The translations under genes were made by a program, and so were the position numbers. Positions 28,754 to 44,461 of a DNA stretch of 64,000 nt are shown here, piece after piece. The stretch covers positions 152,450 to 216,449 of the forward strand of contig CAWGSK010000007.1 in assembly GCA_963825055.1 (NCBI GenBank), read 5' to 3'. The notes under the pieces are model-generated. The model worked only from the letters and a program-made list of their open reading frames with translations. It searched no databases and was not told the origin of the DNA. This DNA is from an uncultured Gemmatimonadales bacterium (GTDB taxonomy: Bacteria; Gemmatimonadota; Gemmatimonadetes; Gemmatimonadales; GWC2-71-9). The number at the start of each line of letters is the position of its first letter. The stretch's first letter is position 1.

Positions 28754-29419
28754 ATGGCCCGCCGGCCGACCCTCGCGCGCGAGACGGCGGTTTGGGCCGA
28801 GTCCCGGTTGTTGGTTGGTGTGGATGAAGCAGGCCGCGGCCCCCTGGCAGGTCCAGTGGTGGCCGCGGCCGTCTGCTTTCCCCCGAAGTTCACCCGCCTG
28901 AACGGCCTCCGCGACAGCAAGGTGCTGCCGGAGAAACGCCGCCGCATCCTGGCCCGCCGCGTCCGCGAACGGGCGCTCTATCTCGGCATCGGCGCGGCAT
29001 CCTGCCGCGAAATCGACCGGCTGAACATCCGGGTCGCCACCGCGCTGGCGATGCGCCGGGCGATCCGCGGCGTCTGCCGCATGGCGGGCGGGACCACGTG
29101 CCGCGTCCCCACGCCGCCCCTCCCGGGTGAATTCCTGGTGCTCGTCGATGGCCTGCCGATGCGGGAGATCGGCTATCCGCACGAGGCCCTGGTGGACGGG
29201 GATGCGCTCTGCGACTCGATCGCGGCGGCCGCCGTCATCGCCAAGACGGTCCGCGACACCCTGATGCGCCGCCTGGCCGCGCGGTATCCCAACTACGGCT
29301 GGGAGACCAACGTCGGCTATGGCACCCCGGAACACTGTGCCGCTCTCGGCGAGTGGGGCCCGACCTGCCACCACCGCCACAGCTTCGAACCCATCGCCCA
29401 GCTGGCGCTCCCGCTATAG
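28754..29419 (+). CDS. rnhB: Ribonuclease HII
   Basis: GVDEAGRGPLAGPV, DSK, SIAAAAVIAK, GYGT, HRHSF. Confidence 0.95.
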   Translation: MARRPTLARETAVWAESRLLVGVDEAGRGPLAGPVVAAAVCFPPKFTRLNGLRDSKVLPEKRRRILARRVRERALYLGIGAASCREIDRLNIRVATALAMRRAIRGVCRMAGGTTCRVPTPPLPGEFLVLVDGLPMREIGYPHEALVDGDALCDSIAAAAVIAKTVRDTLMRRLAARYPNYGWETNVGYGTPEHCAALGEWGPTCHHRHSFEPIAQLALPL

Positions 29420-29435
29420 TTCATGCAACAGCCTT

Positions 29436-29508
29436 ACCACAGAGAGCACAAAGGACACAAAGAAAAAGTAAAAACTGTACTTAGTCTGTTCTTCGTGCCC
29501 TTTGTGGT
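29436..29508. repeat. Inverted 9-mer repeat arms (ACCACAGAG/CACAAAG ... CTTTGTGGT)
   Basis: accacagagagcacaaaggacacaaag ... cttcgtgccctttgtggt. Confidence 0.7.
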
Positions 29509-29553
29509 GAAAGCCATGACTTTCACCCGGACCGATCCTCCAACCCGAGCCAC

Positions 29554-31989
29554 GTGATGCCCCGCGCCATCCGCTTTCTCGTCGCCCTCTCGCTCCTCGC
29601 CTCCACCGCCGCCGCGCAGACCAACGCGGAGCGCATGCTGAATGACCGCTACACCCGGTCGCACGACTACGACCTGGTCCACCAGCGGATCGAGCTCGCC
29701 GACTTCAACTGGGACTCGACCTCCTTCACCGGGAAGGTCACGACCACCCTCGTGGCGCTCCGGCCGGGCTTCGACTCCGTCGTCATGGATGCCGGGCAGA
29801 AGCTCGTCATCCGGAACGTTGAGATGAACGGGGCGAAGCTCGCCACGGGGCGTCACGGTGACACGCTGGTGGTGAAGCTCCCGAAGGCCATCGGGTTCGG
29901 CGATTCCGTGACCTTCAGTGTCGCCTATGACGGGAAGGTCGAGAACGGCCGGGGACTGACCTTTATCGACGCCGAGAAGGGGAGGGCGCACCGGCCAAGG
30001 CAGATCTGGAGCCAGGGCGAGGATGACAACAACCACTACTGGTTCCCGACCTACGACTTCCCGAACGACAAGATGTCGTGGGACATGGTCGTGACGGTCC
30101 CGAAGGGGTTCACCGCGGTCTCCAACGGTACCCTCGAGTCGGACGAGACCGGGGCCCGCGGCCGCACCATGCACTGGCACCAGGCGAAGCCGAGCACCAC
30201 GTACCTTGTCTCGCTCATCGTGGCGCCGCTGGTGAAGGTGTCCGATACATGGCGGAACACCCCGGTCGACTACTACGTCTACCCCGAGGACAGCACGCTG
30301 GCGCCGCGCCTCTTCAACGTGACGCCGGACATGATCGAGGTCTACTCGCAGCTCACCGGGGTGGACTATCCCTGGGCCAAGTACGCCCAGACCACCGTGG
30401 CCGACTTCTTCGGCGGCATGGAGAACGTCAGCGCCACCACGCTGGTGGACTGGCTGCCGGACAACATGGCCTACCAGGACCGCCCGTGGTTCCAGTACAT
30501 CCTGATCCCGCACGAGCTCGCCCACCAGTGGTTCGGCGACTACATGACCACCGAGAACTGGGCCAACATGTGGCTGAATGAGGGCTTCGCCGAGTTCCTG
30601 CCCGGGCAGTACTGGGCGACGAAGCTCGGCCGGCACGCGGAAGAGGATTACTACGCCGACGAGTACCGGCAGTTCATGAACATCGACCGCCGCCGCCGGA
30701 TGCCGCTCGCCAGCAGCGGGTCGAACAACATCTACCCCAAGGGCGCCCTCGTCCTGGAGATGCTCAAGCACCAGCTGGGCGAGAAGCCCTTCTGGGCCAG
30801 CATTCACTACTTCCTCGAGCGGCATGCGTACGACAATGCCGTCACCGACGACCTCCGCCAGGCCGTGCTCGAGACCACCGGCCAGAACCTCGACTGGTTC
30901 TGGGACCAGTGGATGTACCAGGCGGGGTATCCCGAATTCAAGGTCACCGCGTCGTATGACACCGCCGGGAAGGCGCTCACGCTCGCGGTGAGCCAGGTGC
31001 AGGTGGACAGCTCGAAGGCGGATTCCACCGGCCTCCGCTACACCACGCCCTCGATCTTCCGGATGCCGGTGACGGTGAAGGTGGGGACGTCGAACGGCGA
31101 GGTGACCCGCCGGTTCCAGCTCGACCAGCGTGAGCAGACCCTGCTGATCGACAGCCTCCCCGGCGCGCCGACGATGGTCATCTTCGACGATGACAACACG
31201 ATTCTCAAGACACTCGACTTCCAGCAGCCGACCGCGTGGCTCGTCACCCAGCTCGCGCAGGACCCGGACCTCTGGAACCGGCAGTGGGTGATCGGCGAGC
31301 TGGCCGACCGGACCGACGATGCCGCCGCCCGTGAGGCGCTGTCGAGGGCGGCCACGTCGGCCGATTACTACCTCACCCGGGCCCAGGCTGTAGATGCCCT
31401 GACCGCGTTCGACGCCGCCGGGCTTCCCGCCATCGAGAGGGCGCTGTCCGACACCTCCGCGCAGGTCCGGGAAGCGGCGGCAGGAGCGCTGGGGCAGGTC
31501 GGGGGCGACCAGGCCATCCGCCTGGCCCACCGGGCCTTCGAGCAGGACAGCAGCTACGCCGTGAAAGCCGCGGCCCTGGGCGCCATCAGCCGGATCGACT
31601 CAACCGGCCGCCACGACGCGATGGGGAAGGGGCTCGTGATGAAGAGCTATCGCGATGTCATCCAGCAGGCGGCGCTCGGCGGGATCTTCCGGACGGGAGA
31701 CAGCACCTTCGTCCCGCAGCTCGAGACCCTCATGCCCGAGCAGAACGCGGCATCGCTGGTGCTCGCGGGCCTTGCGTCCAAGGGGAGCAGCGCTGCCCGC
31801 GGGGTCCTGGCGCAGCACCTGAACGACGGGCGCCGCTGGGTGCGCCAGTGGGTGGTCCAGGCCGTACCGCGGATGATGAAGCCCGACCAGGCGAAGGCGT
31901 TCTTCCAGGAGAACCGGAAGAAGCTGAAGTTTGATGACACGAGAACGGCAGTTGATGCTGCGATGGAAAGACTGAACAAGACCGAATAG
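29554..31989 (+). CDS. M1-family aminopeptidase with C-terminal HEAT repeats
   Basis: GGMEN, HELAHQWFGD, WLNEG, IYPKG; signal peptide. Confidence 0.93.
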   Translation: MMPRAIRFLVALSLLASTAAAQTNAERMLNDRYTRSHDYDLVHQRIELADFNWDSTSFTGKVTTTLVALRPGFDSVVMDAGQKLVIRNVEMNGAKLATGRHGDTLVVKLPKAIGFGDSVTFSVAYDGKVENGRGLTFIDAEKGRAHRPRQIWSQGEDDNNHYWFPTYDFPNDKMSWDMVVTVPKGFTAVSNGTLESDETGARGRTMHWHQAKPSTTYLVSLIVAPLVKVSDTWRNTPVDYYVYPEDSTLAPRLFNVTPDMIEVYSQLTGVDYPWAKYAQTTVADFFGGMENVSATTLVDWLPDNMAYQDRPWFQYILIPHELAHQWFGDYMTTENWANMWLNEGFAEFLPGQYWATKLGRHAEEDYYADEYRQFMNIDRRRRMPLASSGSNNIYPKGALVLEMLKHQLGEKPFWASIHYFLERHAYDNAVTDDLRQAVLETTGQNLDWFWDQWMYQAGYPEFKVTASYDTAGKALTLAVSQVQVDSSKADSTGLRYTTPSIFRMPVTVKVGTSNGEVTRRFQLDQREQTLLIDSLPGAPTMVIFDDDNTILKTLDFQQPTAWLVTQLAQDPDLWNRQWVIGELADRTDDAAAREALSRAATSADYYLTRAQAVDALTAFDAAGLPAIERALSDTSAQVREAAAGALGQVGGDQAIRLAHRAFEQDSSYAVKAAALGAISRIDSTGRHDAMGKGLVMKSYRDVIQQAALGGIFRTGDSTFVPQLETLMPEQNAASLVLAGLASKGSSAARGVLAQHLNDGRRWVRQWVVQAVPRMMKPDQAKAFFQENRKKLKFDDTRTAVDAAMERLNKTE

Positions 31990-31996
31990 AAACGGC

Positions 31997-32086
31997 GTGA
32001 ACGGTAAGCGGTTAGCGGTAAGCGGTGAGCGGGGTCGCAATTCGCGTCTTGTTCCCGCATTCACTGCTCACCGCTCACTGCTCACG
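31997..32086. repeat. Empty inverted heptamer arms (GCGGTRA ... TCACYGC)
   Basis: gtgaacggtaagcggttagcggtaagcggtgagcgg, 27-bp spacer, ttcactgctcaccgctcactgctcacg. Confidence 0.85.
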
Positions 32087-32096
32087 CAGTTCTCCC

Positions 32097-32987
32097 CTAT
32101 CTCCCGTTTACGCGTACCGTCCCATCCCCCGTCCGGATCCGGATCGTGGGGCCGCCGCCGTTCAGGTCGCCCTGTACTGCGTGGTTGCGGACCTCGCCCC
32201 TGATCTCGAGCCCGCGGATGTTCAGATCCTCACCCCGGAGGTCCAGGGTGGCGGCGATGGTGCTGGGCATGTCCAGGCTGACGTCGCCGTCCCCCGTCTG
32301 GAGGCTCACCCGGGCCGCTTTCGTAATGGAGAGGCGGAGGTCGCCGTCGCCGGTCTGGGCCTCGAGGTCGCCCGTCACCTCATCCACGTGGACATCGCCG
32401 TCGCCCGTTCCGATGCGGGCCTCGCTGGCCGAGATGGAGCGGACCTCGATGTCGCCATCACCCGTGCGCAGCCGGACCGGTCCGCCCGTGAGGCGCCCCG
32501 CGGCGATATCTCCGTCGCCCGTGCTCACCGCGATGTTGCCCTGCTGGTCGCCCATCCGGACGTCGCCGTCACCCGTGGAGATGTCCAGGTCTAGCTCCGC
32601 CGGAACGCCGATCGAGACGGTCACGTTCATACCGCGCCCGTCGTGCCACCCCCAGCGGTTGTCCCGATGCTTCGGGGTAGACACCCGGATCCCGCGGCCC
32701 ACCTGCTCGACGGTAAGCTCCATGTCCCGGTAGCGATCCCGGGCCCAGTCCATGTCGTCGGGCCGGGACGAGATGACCACCTTCACGGCCCCGGCCGGGA
32801 GGCTCCGGTCCAGGTCGATATCGGCGTCGGAGACATCGACGGTCAGGGTGGATCCGCCGGCCAGCGTCATCTTCTGGTCGAGGACGGTGGCCCGGGCCCA
32901 TTGCTGGGCCGGGAGCAGGGCGGGGGTCGCGGACAGGGCGGTCAGGACGGTCAGGGCGGTCAGGGCGGTCAGGCGTCGGACGGACAT
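32097..32987 (-). CDS. DUF4097 beta-strand-repeat (adhesin-like) protein
   Basis: Repeated TGDGDV/I units, GDLNGGGPTIRIRTGDG C-terminus; GGAG RBS before MSVRR. Confidence 0.85.
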   Translation of the reverse strand: MSVRRLTALTALTVLTALSATPALLPAQQWARATVLDQKMTLAGGSTLTVDVSDADIDLDRSLPAGAVKVVISSRPDDMDWARDRYRDMELTVEQVGRGIRVSTPKHRDNRWGWHDGRGMNVTVSIGVPAELDLDISTGDGDVRMGDQQGNIAVSTGDGDIAAGRLTGGPVRLRTGDGDIEVRSISASEARIGTGDGDVHVDEVTGDLEAQTGDGDLRLSITKAARVSLQTGDGDVSLDMPSTIAATLDLRGEDLNIRGLEIRGEVRNHAVQGDLNGGGPTIRIRTGDGTVRVNGR

Positions 32988-33092
32988 GGCCTTCTCCTGG
33001 TGCGTTGGGGTTTCTCCCTTGGATGGGGTGGGGGTGGAAAAGGTTGACGTCCCCTTGAATCTGGCCCCGGGAAGGGCGACCTTGTTCCGCCG

Positions 33093-33165
<73 letters not shown>

Positions 33166-33182
33166 TCGTAGCCAAGCACTTA

Positions 33183-38430
<5,248 letters not shown>

Positions 38431-38483
38431 ATGACCGCTACCCTCGAATAGGCCTCGGCCTGACCGAAGCCATCGAACGCGGA

Positions 38484-38777
38484 GTGGAAAAAGCCGTGGC
38501 CGCCAGTGGACGCGCCTCCTCGTGCTGGACGCCGGAGCGCTTCTGGTCGTGCCCACCCACCGTCAGGCTCTCGGCGGATGAGCTCGCCTCGGCGCTGGGC
38601 TGCTCGACGCGCACCGTCTACCGCTTCGTGACGGAGAAGGGGATGCCAGCCCGACGACGAGAGGACGTCTACGTGTTCATCGACGGGAGACGTCCGGTCG
38701 TGGCTGGAAGAGCGAGAAACCGTCATCAACGGCGTCAAGCGATTCCGGGGGAGGGGCGATGCCTAAGTTCGACCTGA
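38484..38777 (+). CDS. Excisionase-like helix-turn-helix protein (error-containing)
   Basis: LSADELASALGCSTRTVYRFVTEKGMPARR resembles HTH_17/Xis. Confidence 0.65.
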   Translation: MEKAVAASGRASSCWTPERFWSCPPTVRLSADELASALGCSTRTVYRFVTEKGMPARRREDVYVFIDGRRPVVAGRARNRHQRRQAIPGEGRCLSST

Positions 38778-39254
38778 ATGAAGTTGCCGAACGTGCTGAC
38801 GCCGCGGACAACTGAGCGCGTACTGGAAGACATGGCGGAAGAGAGCGGGCTTCGCGCCGCGGTGCGTGGACGGCTATGCACAGCTTGACCTACACGCGGA
38901 AATCTACGCCGTGAGAGAACCTCGCCGCGGAGATCCAGAACGGAACGCCCCGACTGGTCGTCACTCGCGGTGTCTTGATGAGGCCGAGGCCCATTTACTC
39001 CCGGACCGTAGCGATGAGTTGCTGAGCCGACCGAAGGCCATCCGGACGACATTGGCTCGATGGGGGAACGGCGAGTGAAGGACTGGCCAGAAGAGTGAAT
39101 GCAGACACAATGTGTGCTCGCCCCGGAAGTACATCGAGATAGGATAGTTCTGTCACGCTAGACGGCCGGTAAAGCGACCCCGGTTGAACAGCTGACCGGG
39201 CTCGGCAGCGTCGCGGCTGGCCGAGCCACCCTCTCCCTCTCGATGGAGTACACG

Positions 39255-39835
39255 ATGGCGAAGTCCGCACTCACGCTGGAGGCCGAACTCGGTCAACTCC
39301 AGTCGAAGCTCTATCCCCTCTACGCGGCAGCAGGAAGAGGCCAACGCGATCGGCCACGACCTACGCCTGCGCCCAACGGTCGGCGACCGGGTCGGCGCTC
39401 ACGGCCATCATCCTTGAACGAGAGAAGGCCGACGCCGAAGTCCTCCGGCTCACCAAGGAGATCGAGCCGCTCAAGGACCGGGCCGAGGAGATCACCCGGA
39501 CCCTCGCGGCGGAGCGCCGGGCCGTCCAACTGAAGGTGATGCACGAGCACGCCCACGCCGCCGTGAAGCACGCTCCGGTGATCGTGGACACGGCGGCAGC
39601 CTTGGCCGCAGCCGTAACCAAGCTGGTCGCGGACCACAACGCCGTGGTCGGCGCCGCCCGCACCGATGAACAGCACGGCCTCCGTGACGACGCGGCGAAC
39701 CTCGCGGCGGTCTCGGACTTCATCCTCAGCCAGCTGGTGACCGCCGGACTCCCGGTGCGCCTCCCGCGAGGCACGGGGCTCAGTCTCGTTGACACGGCCG
39801 CAGCCGTCGTCACGATGGTCGAGACGCTGTCATGA
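39255..39835 (+). CDS. Hypothetical coiled-coil protein (frameshifted)
   Basis: MAKSALTLEAELGQLQSKL... continues after indels as ...EKADAEVLRLTKEIEPLKDRAEEI...MVETLS*; GGAG RBS; high-GC codon usage. Confidence 0.5.
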
Positions 39836-40179
39836 GCGCCACGCCCAAGGTGCCCGGCACGCGACCCGGTGAGCTCCTCCGCGACCTCCGCGACCCGCGG
39901 CTCACAGCGGCCTACCCGCGGCCCGACGACATGTCGGACGAGCTGTACCTCAACCACCTCCGCGCCTCGGGGTTCGCCCTCGTGCTGCCCCGTGCCGACC
40001 TCGCCGCCGGGGAGTACGCCCGAACCAAGGCTAAGGCGATTCTCAGCGGGGCGGTGGTCGTGGTCCCCTACGAGCCCGATGAGCAGTTGCCCGACCCACC
40101 CCCTGAACCCTTCGACTACGTGGCGTGGCGGCGGCAGCACGACGCCGACCAGCGCACGCCCTACGAGCGCCTCCCATGA
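39832..40179 (+). CDS. Hypothetical protein
   Basis: Intact ORF with ATGA coupling to both neighbours. Confidence 0.55.
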   Translation: MSATPKVPGTRPGELLRDLRDPRLTAAYPRPDDMSDELYLNHLRASGFALVLPRADLAAGEYARTKAKAILSGAVVVVPYEPDEQLPDPPPEPFDYVAWRRQHDADQRTPYERLP

Positions 40180-40398
40180 CCATCCCCGTCCTGCCCGAGA
40201 CGCCGACCGACCTGGCCTCCGCCCGAACCTATCTGGCGTGGATCGCCGACGCGTCGCTCCGGGTGCAGATACCCCGCGACGCCGCCCTCGCCGCCACGAA
40301 AGCCGTGGAAGCCTGGGTCCGCGTCGAGAACTACGACGTCGCAGCTCCGCAGCCTCGAGAAGAAGATCAAGGAGATGCAGGCCCGTGTCGCCGGTTGA
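40176..40398 (+). CDS. Small hypothetical protein directly upstream of terL (TerS position; one frameshift)
   Basis: MTIPVLPETPTDLASARTYLAWIADA...VEAWVRVENYD /frameshift/ LREKIKEMQARVAG*. Confidence 0.45.
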
Positions 40399-41945
40399 CG
40401 GACAGCTCGCCGCGCTCTGGGCCGACGTCGGTGACCTCGTAGAAGCGCGGGAGCGGCGAACCGCCACCGACTTCACCCGGTACCGCGACGACCCCGTGGC
40501 CTTCGCGACCGAGGTGCTCCGCGTCTCGCGGCTCTGGGACGCGCAATGCGCCCACCTCAGAGCCGTGGCAGAGCACCGCCGCGTGGTTGCCTATGGCGCC
40601 AACGGGTGCGGTAAGACCTTCGATGACGCCATTCTCGCGCTGTGGTGGGTGTACGCGCACGATGGGCTGGTGATCGCCACGAGCGCCCGTGAGGGCCAGC
40701 TCCGCGACCAGTTCATGCGCGACGTGAAGATCCTCTGGCACCAAGCTGTGGACCTCGACGGCGAGCTGCTCACCCTCGCGCTCCGGCGGCCCACGAACCC
40801 CCACAGTGGGATCCTCTCCGTGGCGGCCGGGGAGTCGTCCCGGCTCCGGGGGTTCCACGCGCGCGGCTCCTCGTGTCGCTGCAGGAGGCGCAGGGGCTGG
40901 AGGAGTGGGTGTTCCAGACGGCGGAGATGATGGCCGTCGGGGACGTTGACTGGGTGCTGGCGACGGGCAACTGCGACCTCGGAGCGACAGGCCCGTTCTA
41001 CAAGGCGGCGCGGTCACCCCATTGGCGGGCCGTCCGGTTCAACGCGGAGGAGCACCAGAACGTCCGGGAGGGCGTGACGGTGATCCCCGGTGGGCCGACG
41101 CAAGCCTCCCTCGCGCAACGAGCGGGCGACTACGGCGTGGACACCCGTTCTACATCTAGTCAGTGCTGGGGGAGTTCCCGACCGACGCGATGGAGGGATT
41201 GGTCAAGGTGTAGTGGCTCGAAGCCGCCTTCGCGGCCTTCGACACACCTCGGTACAGTGAGCAGATGGGGAGCGGGCGGCTCGTCCTAGGGGTAGACGTG
41301 GCGCGGTTCGGAGCTGACAGGTCGGTGGTCGCCGTGCTGCAAGGACCGGTGGTCCGCGACTTCCACGCGTGGCAGGGCGCCGACCTGGAGGTGAGCGCCG
41401 GGCGGGTCATCGAGGTCGCCCGCCGGTACGGGATCAGACGGCGGCGCCCGCGCCGCATCATGGAGGAGCTTGGCCTCACCCGGAGCGGGTTCGGGGACTT
41501 GGTGGCCGCCCCCGGTGACCCCTTGGAGTACATGGAGCACGCCCACCGGGCAGGGCTCCGCATCGACGCCATCGGCCTCGGCGCGGGACTGCACGACCGC
41601 CTCGCCCACGACGGCTGGCCGGTCGAGGCCTTCAACGCCGCCAGCAAGGCGGTCGGCCCGCAGGCGGAGCGGTTCGCCAACCGCCGCGCCCAGGCACTGT
41701 TCGACCTCCGGCACCTCTTGGAGGCGGGCGAGCTGGCGCTCCCGCCGACGCACCGCGACGTCCTGACCCGCGAACTCACCTCCATCACCTGGTGGGTCAC
41801 GGGCACCGGGAAGGTGCTGATCGAGTCGAAGGGCGATGTGCGGGCCAAGCTCGGCGCCTCACCCGACTACAGTGACGCCCTCGCGATGGCCGTGACGAGC
41901 GACGGGGCGGTCAGCTTCGACGTGGAGCACGCCGGCGCGGTGTAG
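40385..41945 (+). pseudogene. terL: Phage terminase large subunit, interrupted by frameshifts and stops (real or sequencing error)
   Basis: YRDDPVAF..EVL, Walker A GANGCGKT, LRGFH, ATGN, LGEFP, nuclease motifs LGVDVARFGAD, IDAIGLG, SPDYSDALAMA; breaks near 40860 and 41145-41215. Confidence 0.85.
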
Positions 41946-42542
41946 TTCGAGGGGTAATGGTGATGGTGGGTATTCCCTGGCTCGATTGTATGTGCTACTA
42001 GTTGTGTTCCTCTTATGTTTGGAGAGTGTGCCGGAGTCAGTTTTGTAGTGCGCGTCGGGCTGCGCTCGATTTCGATGAAATAAGATTTGGTTTCGTGTGG
42101 GTGTTCTTGTACTTGAGCCTCGAGTACCTTTTTTGGTGGATAAAGATGTATGTTAGAGCTCGACCTCCTCTTGTGTCTGATGGCTCATCAGTTGCCGGTG
42201 TTGTACGGGCGTTCTCGGCGCTCTCCGCCGTGCGATAGGTAAGCTATGAGACGGAGTGGATGTAGGTTTTTGATTTGTTTTGACTTAGGTAGTCTATATT
42301 GTTTATCGGCGCGTTGCTGTTCCGTCGGTTGGTTTTGCAGTTACGTTTAATTTTGGTTTGTTGTTCTTAATTTGGACGGACAGGCGGACAGGACGGACAA
42401 GGCGGACAGGCACGAATCGGCCCCGGTCAGTGTGATCGGGGCCGATGTGTTTCCGTCCCACGCAGTCGCGGCTCTGGACAGAGAGAGCCCGGCGAATACA
42501 CTCGCCGGAACAGCCTCCTGACCACGAACCAGGCGGAGCTCC

Positions 42543-43592
42543 ATGAACCCATCGAAGGTCGCCATCGTCCTGACAGGGATTGCCACGCTGTTCGCCTGCA
42601 CCAGGCCCGACGCTTCAACATCCGGTCATTCGACCGAACACGCGATCACTGACTCAACGGGAGCTCAGCGGCAGTGGCTCGATCCGGGGCTCGAGCTCAC
42701 GGCGACTGTGGGTGGCTCGGCGGAGGATACGACTCTCCTCAATCCCTATCGCCTGGCCGCGGGGGAGGACGCGATCTACGTCTTCGACGGCAACCAGCGC
42801 CTGCTGTCATTCGCGATCGATGGATCGCTGCGCTGGGTCCGCGGGCGGGCGGGATCCGGGCCGGGGGAATTCCGGCTGGTGCGGGCCTTGAAGGCGCGGG
42901 AGGGCCTGATCTATGTGCTCGACCCCCGGAACGCCCGCCTGACGGTTTTCGATGATGCCGGCCAGATGATTCGTACCACCCCCATGCGTACCGGACATTC
43001 CGAGGAACTGGCCGTCCTTCCGGATGGCGATGTGGTCCTGTTCCCTGCGCAGTCGGAATCGGACTTCGTGGTCATTGACGACAGCGGTCATACGATCCGG
43101 TCAGGACGGATCCCCTGGCCCCCTTACCAGGAATTGGATTTCCTCGCGAAACAGTCCGTGGTTGCGCAGCCGGCCGATTCGAGTGGCCTCTGGGCGCTCG
43201 GGTTCCGGCTGGGAAACGGCTGGTTCACCTTCGATGCCCGGGCCGAACCGGTGGATTCGACCAGGCACTACTACGTGGAGCCGACGAACTTCCCCGAGGT
43301 GATCCGGGAGCGGAACGGGAACAGCTTCTCCACGCATATCCCCCGCACCCCTGCCTCGGCCAGGAGTATGATTGTGCAGAGGGATACTCTCTTCGTCCTG
43401 GTGGAAGCGGGAGACAGTGCGGGCCGCAAGATTGACTTGTACCGGATGTCGACGGGTGCCTATCTGGGGTCCTTCCTCCTTCCGCACAAGGCCATCGAGA
43501 TCGCCGCAAACGGCGCAGTGTTCGCCTGGCTCGAGAACGATCCGATGCCGGCGCTGAGGATCGCGCGACGGGGAACGCTCGAGAGAAACTGA
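42543..43592 (+). CDS. 6-bladed beta-propeller / NHL-repeat lipoprotein
   Basis: LFAC lipobox, IYVFD, GRAGSGPGEF, IYVLD repeats. Confidence 0.75.
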   Translation: MNPSKVAIVLTGIATLFACTRPDASTSGHSTEHAITDSTGAQRQWLDPGLELTATVGGSAEDTTLLNPYRLAAGEDAIYVFDGNQRLLSFAIDGSLRWVRGRAGSGPGEFRLVRALKAREGLIYVLDPRNARLTVFDDAGQMIRTTPMRTGHSEELAVLPDGDVVLFPAQSESDFVVIDDSGHTIRSGRIPWPPYQELDFLAKQSVVAQPADSSGLWALGFRLGNGWFTFDARAEPVDSTRHYYVEPTNFPEVIRERNGNSFSTHIPRTPASARSMIVQRDTLFVLVEAGDSAGRKIDLYRMSTGAYLGSFLLPHKAIEIAANGAVFAWLENDPMPALRIARRGTLERN

Positions 43593-43676
43593 CCGCGGCA
43601 GGACATCGTACACAGATCACAGCGCGCGAGGTGTGTTTCTCCCTATGTTTCGGGGTACTCAGCAAGGGAGGAAGAT

Positions 43677-43910
43677 ATGAGTGAGCGTACCGTATACTGG
43701 GTCACCCCAGGGAGCGACGGCGACTGGCGCGTGCTCCGCGAAGGCGCCGAGCGCGCCGCGAGCGTCCACGAAAACAAGGACGACGCCCTCGCCGAGGCCA
43801 AGCGGATGGCCAAATCCGCCCCGCTCGGCCAGGTGAAGGTCCAGAAGGCCGACGGGAAGATTCAGGAGGAGTTCACGTACGGGAAGGACCCGGCGAGCTC
43901 GCCCGGATAG
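43677..43910 (+). CDS. DUF2188-family protein
   Basis: WRVLREGAERAS..H...DG.IQEEFTYGKDP; strong GGAGG RBS. Confidence 0.85.
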   Translation: MSERTVYWVTPGSDGDWRVLREGAERAASVHENKDDALAEAKRMAKSAPLGQVKVQKADGKIQEEFTYGKDPASSPG

Positions 43911-44005
43911 GACGGACAGGCGGACAAGGCGGTCGGTGGAGCTCCCAGGTTCATCGACCGTTCGTCACTTGAGTGACAGATCGGCCGAGTCGCGACCTTG
44001 GTCGC

Positions 44006-44095
44006 GAAGAGGGCGGAAGTGAACAGGGCGGACGTGAACAGGGCGGACGTGAGCAGGGCGGACCTGAACAGGGCGGACGTGAACAGGGCGGGCGA
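44006..44095. repeat. 15-mer tandem repeat (GAACAGGGCGGACGT)
   Basis: About 5-6 units; same family as 57790-57900. Confidence 0.85.
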
Positions 44096-44114
44096 GGCCC
44101 GTTCACGGAAGTCT

Positions 44115-44207
44115 TGTCATTTCGAGCGCAGCGAGAAATCTCAAGAGTCGGTTGCTGTCGAGGGCTGCTCTTGAGATCTCTCGGGCCTGGCGGCCCTCGA
44201 GATGACA
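44115..44207. repeat. 93-bp palindromic REP/MITE-like element, copy 1
   Basis: TGTCATTTCGAG...AAATCTCAAGAG / CTCTTGAGATCT...CTCGAGATGACA; followed by a CCCCTCGA octamer array. Confidence 0.85.
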
Positions 44208-44461
44208 CGATCTTCGGAGCGACCCCTCGACCCCTCGACCCCTCGACCCCTCGACTCCTCAACTCCAGCCCTTTACCCACCCCCTCCCACCCCCTAGGTT
44301 CCGGCTCCCGGCGCTCTCGGGCCCCTGTCGCCGGGATCTGTTCGGCCCTGCTGGTCCCCCGCTGTACCTCAGGATTTTCCGACGCAGACTTGACGGTCCC
44401 ATTTTCGAGGGCAATATTGGCCGCCCGTCCAAGTTCCCTCAGGCTTGGAGTCTCAGATACA

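Noticed and set aside
41946..42372. attR copy of the tRNA-Lys 3' end
   Set aside because: Only a 7-nt GTTCGAG match at ~41945; the region is garbled, so it cannot be supported.
44006..44095. Possible CRISPR array (also considered 57790-57940 and 58347-58466)
   Set aside because: Units are 8-15 nt, contiguous, with no unique spacers, and there are no cas genes.
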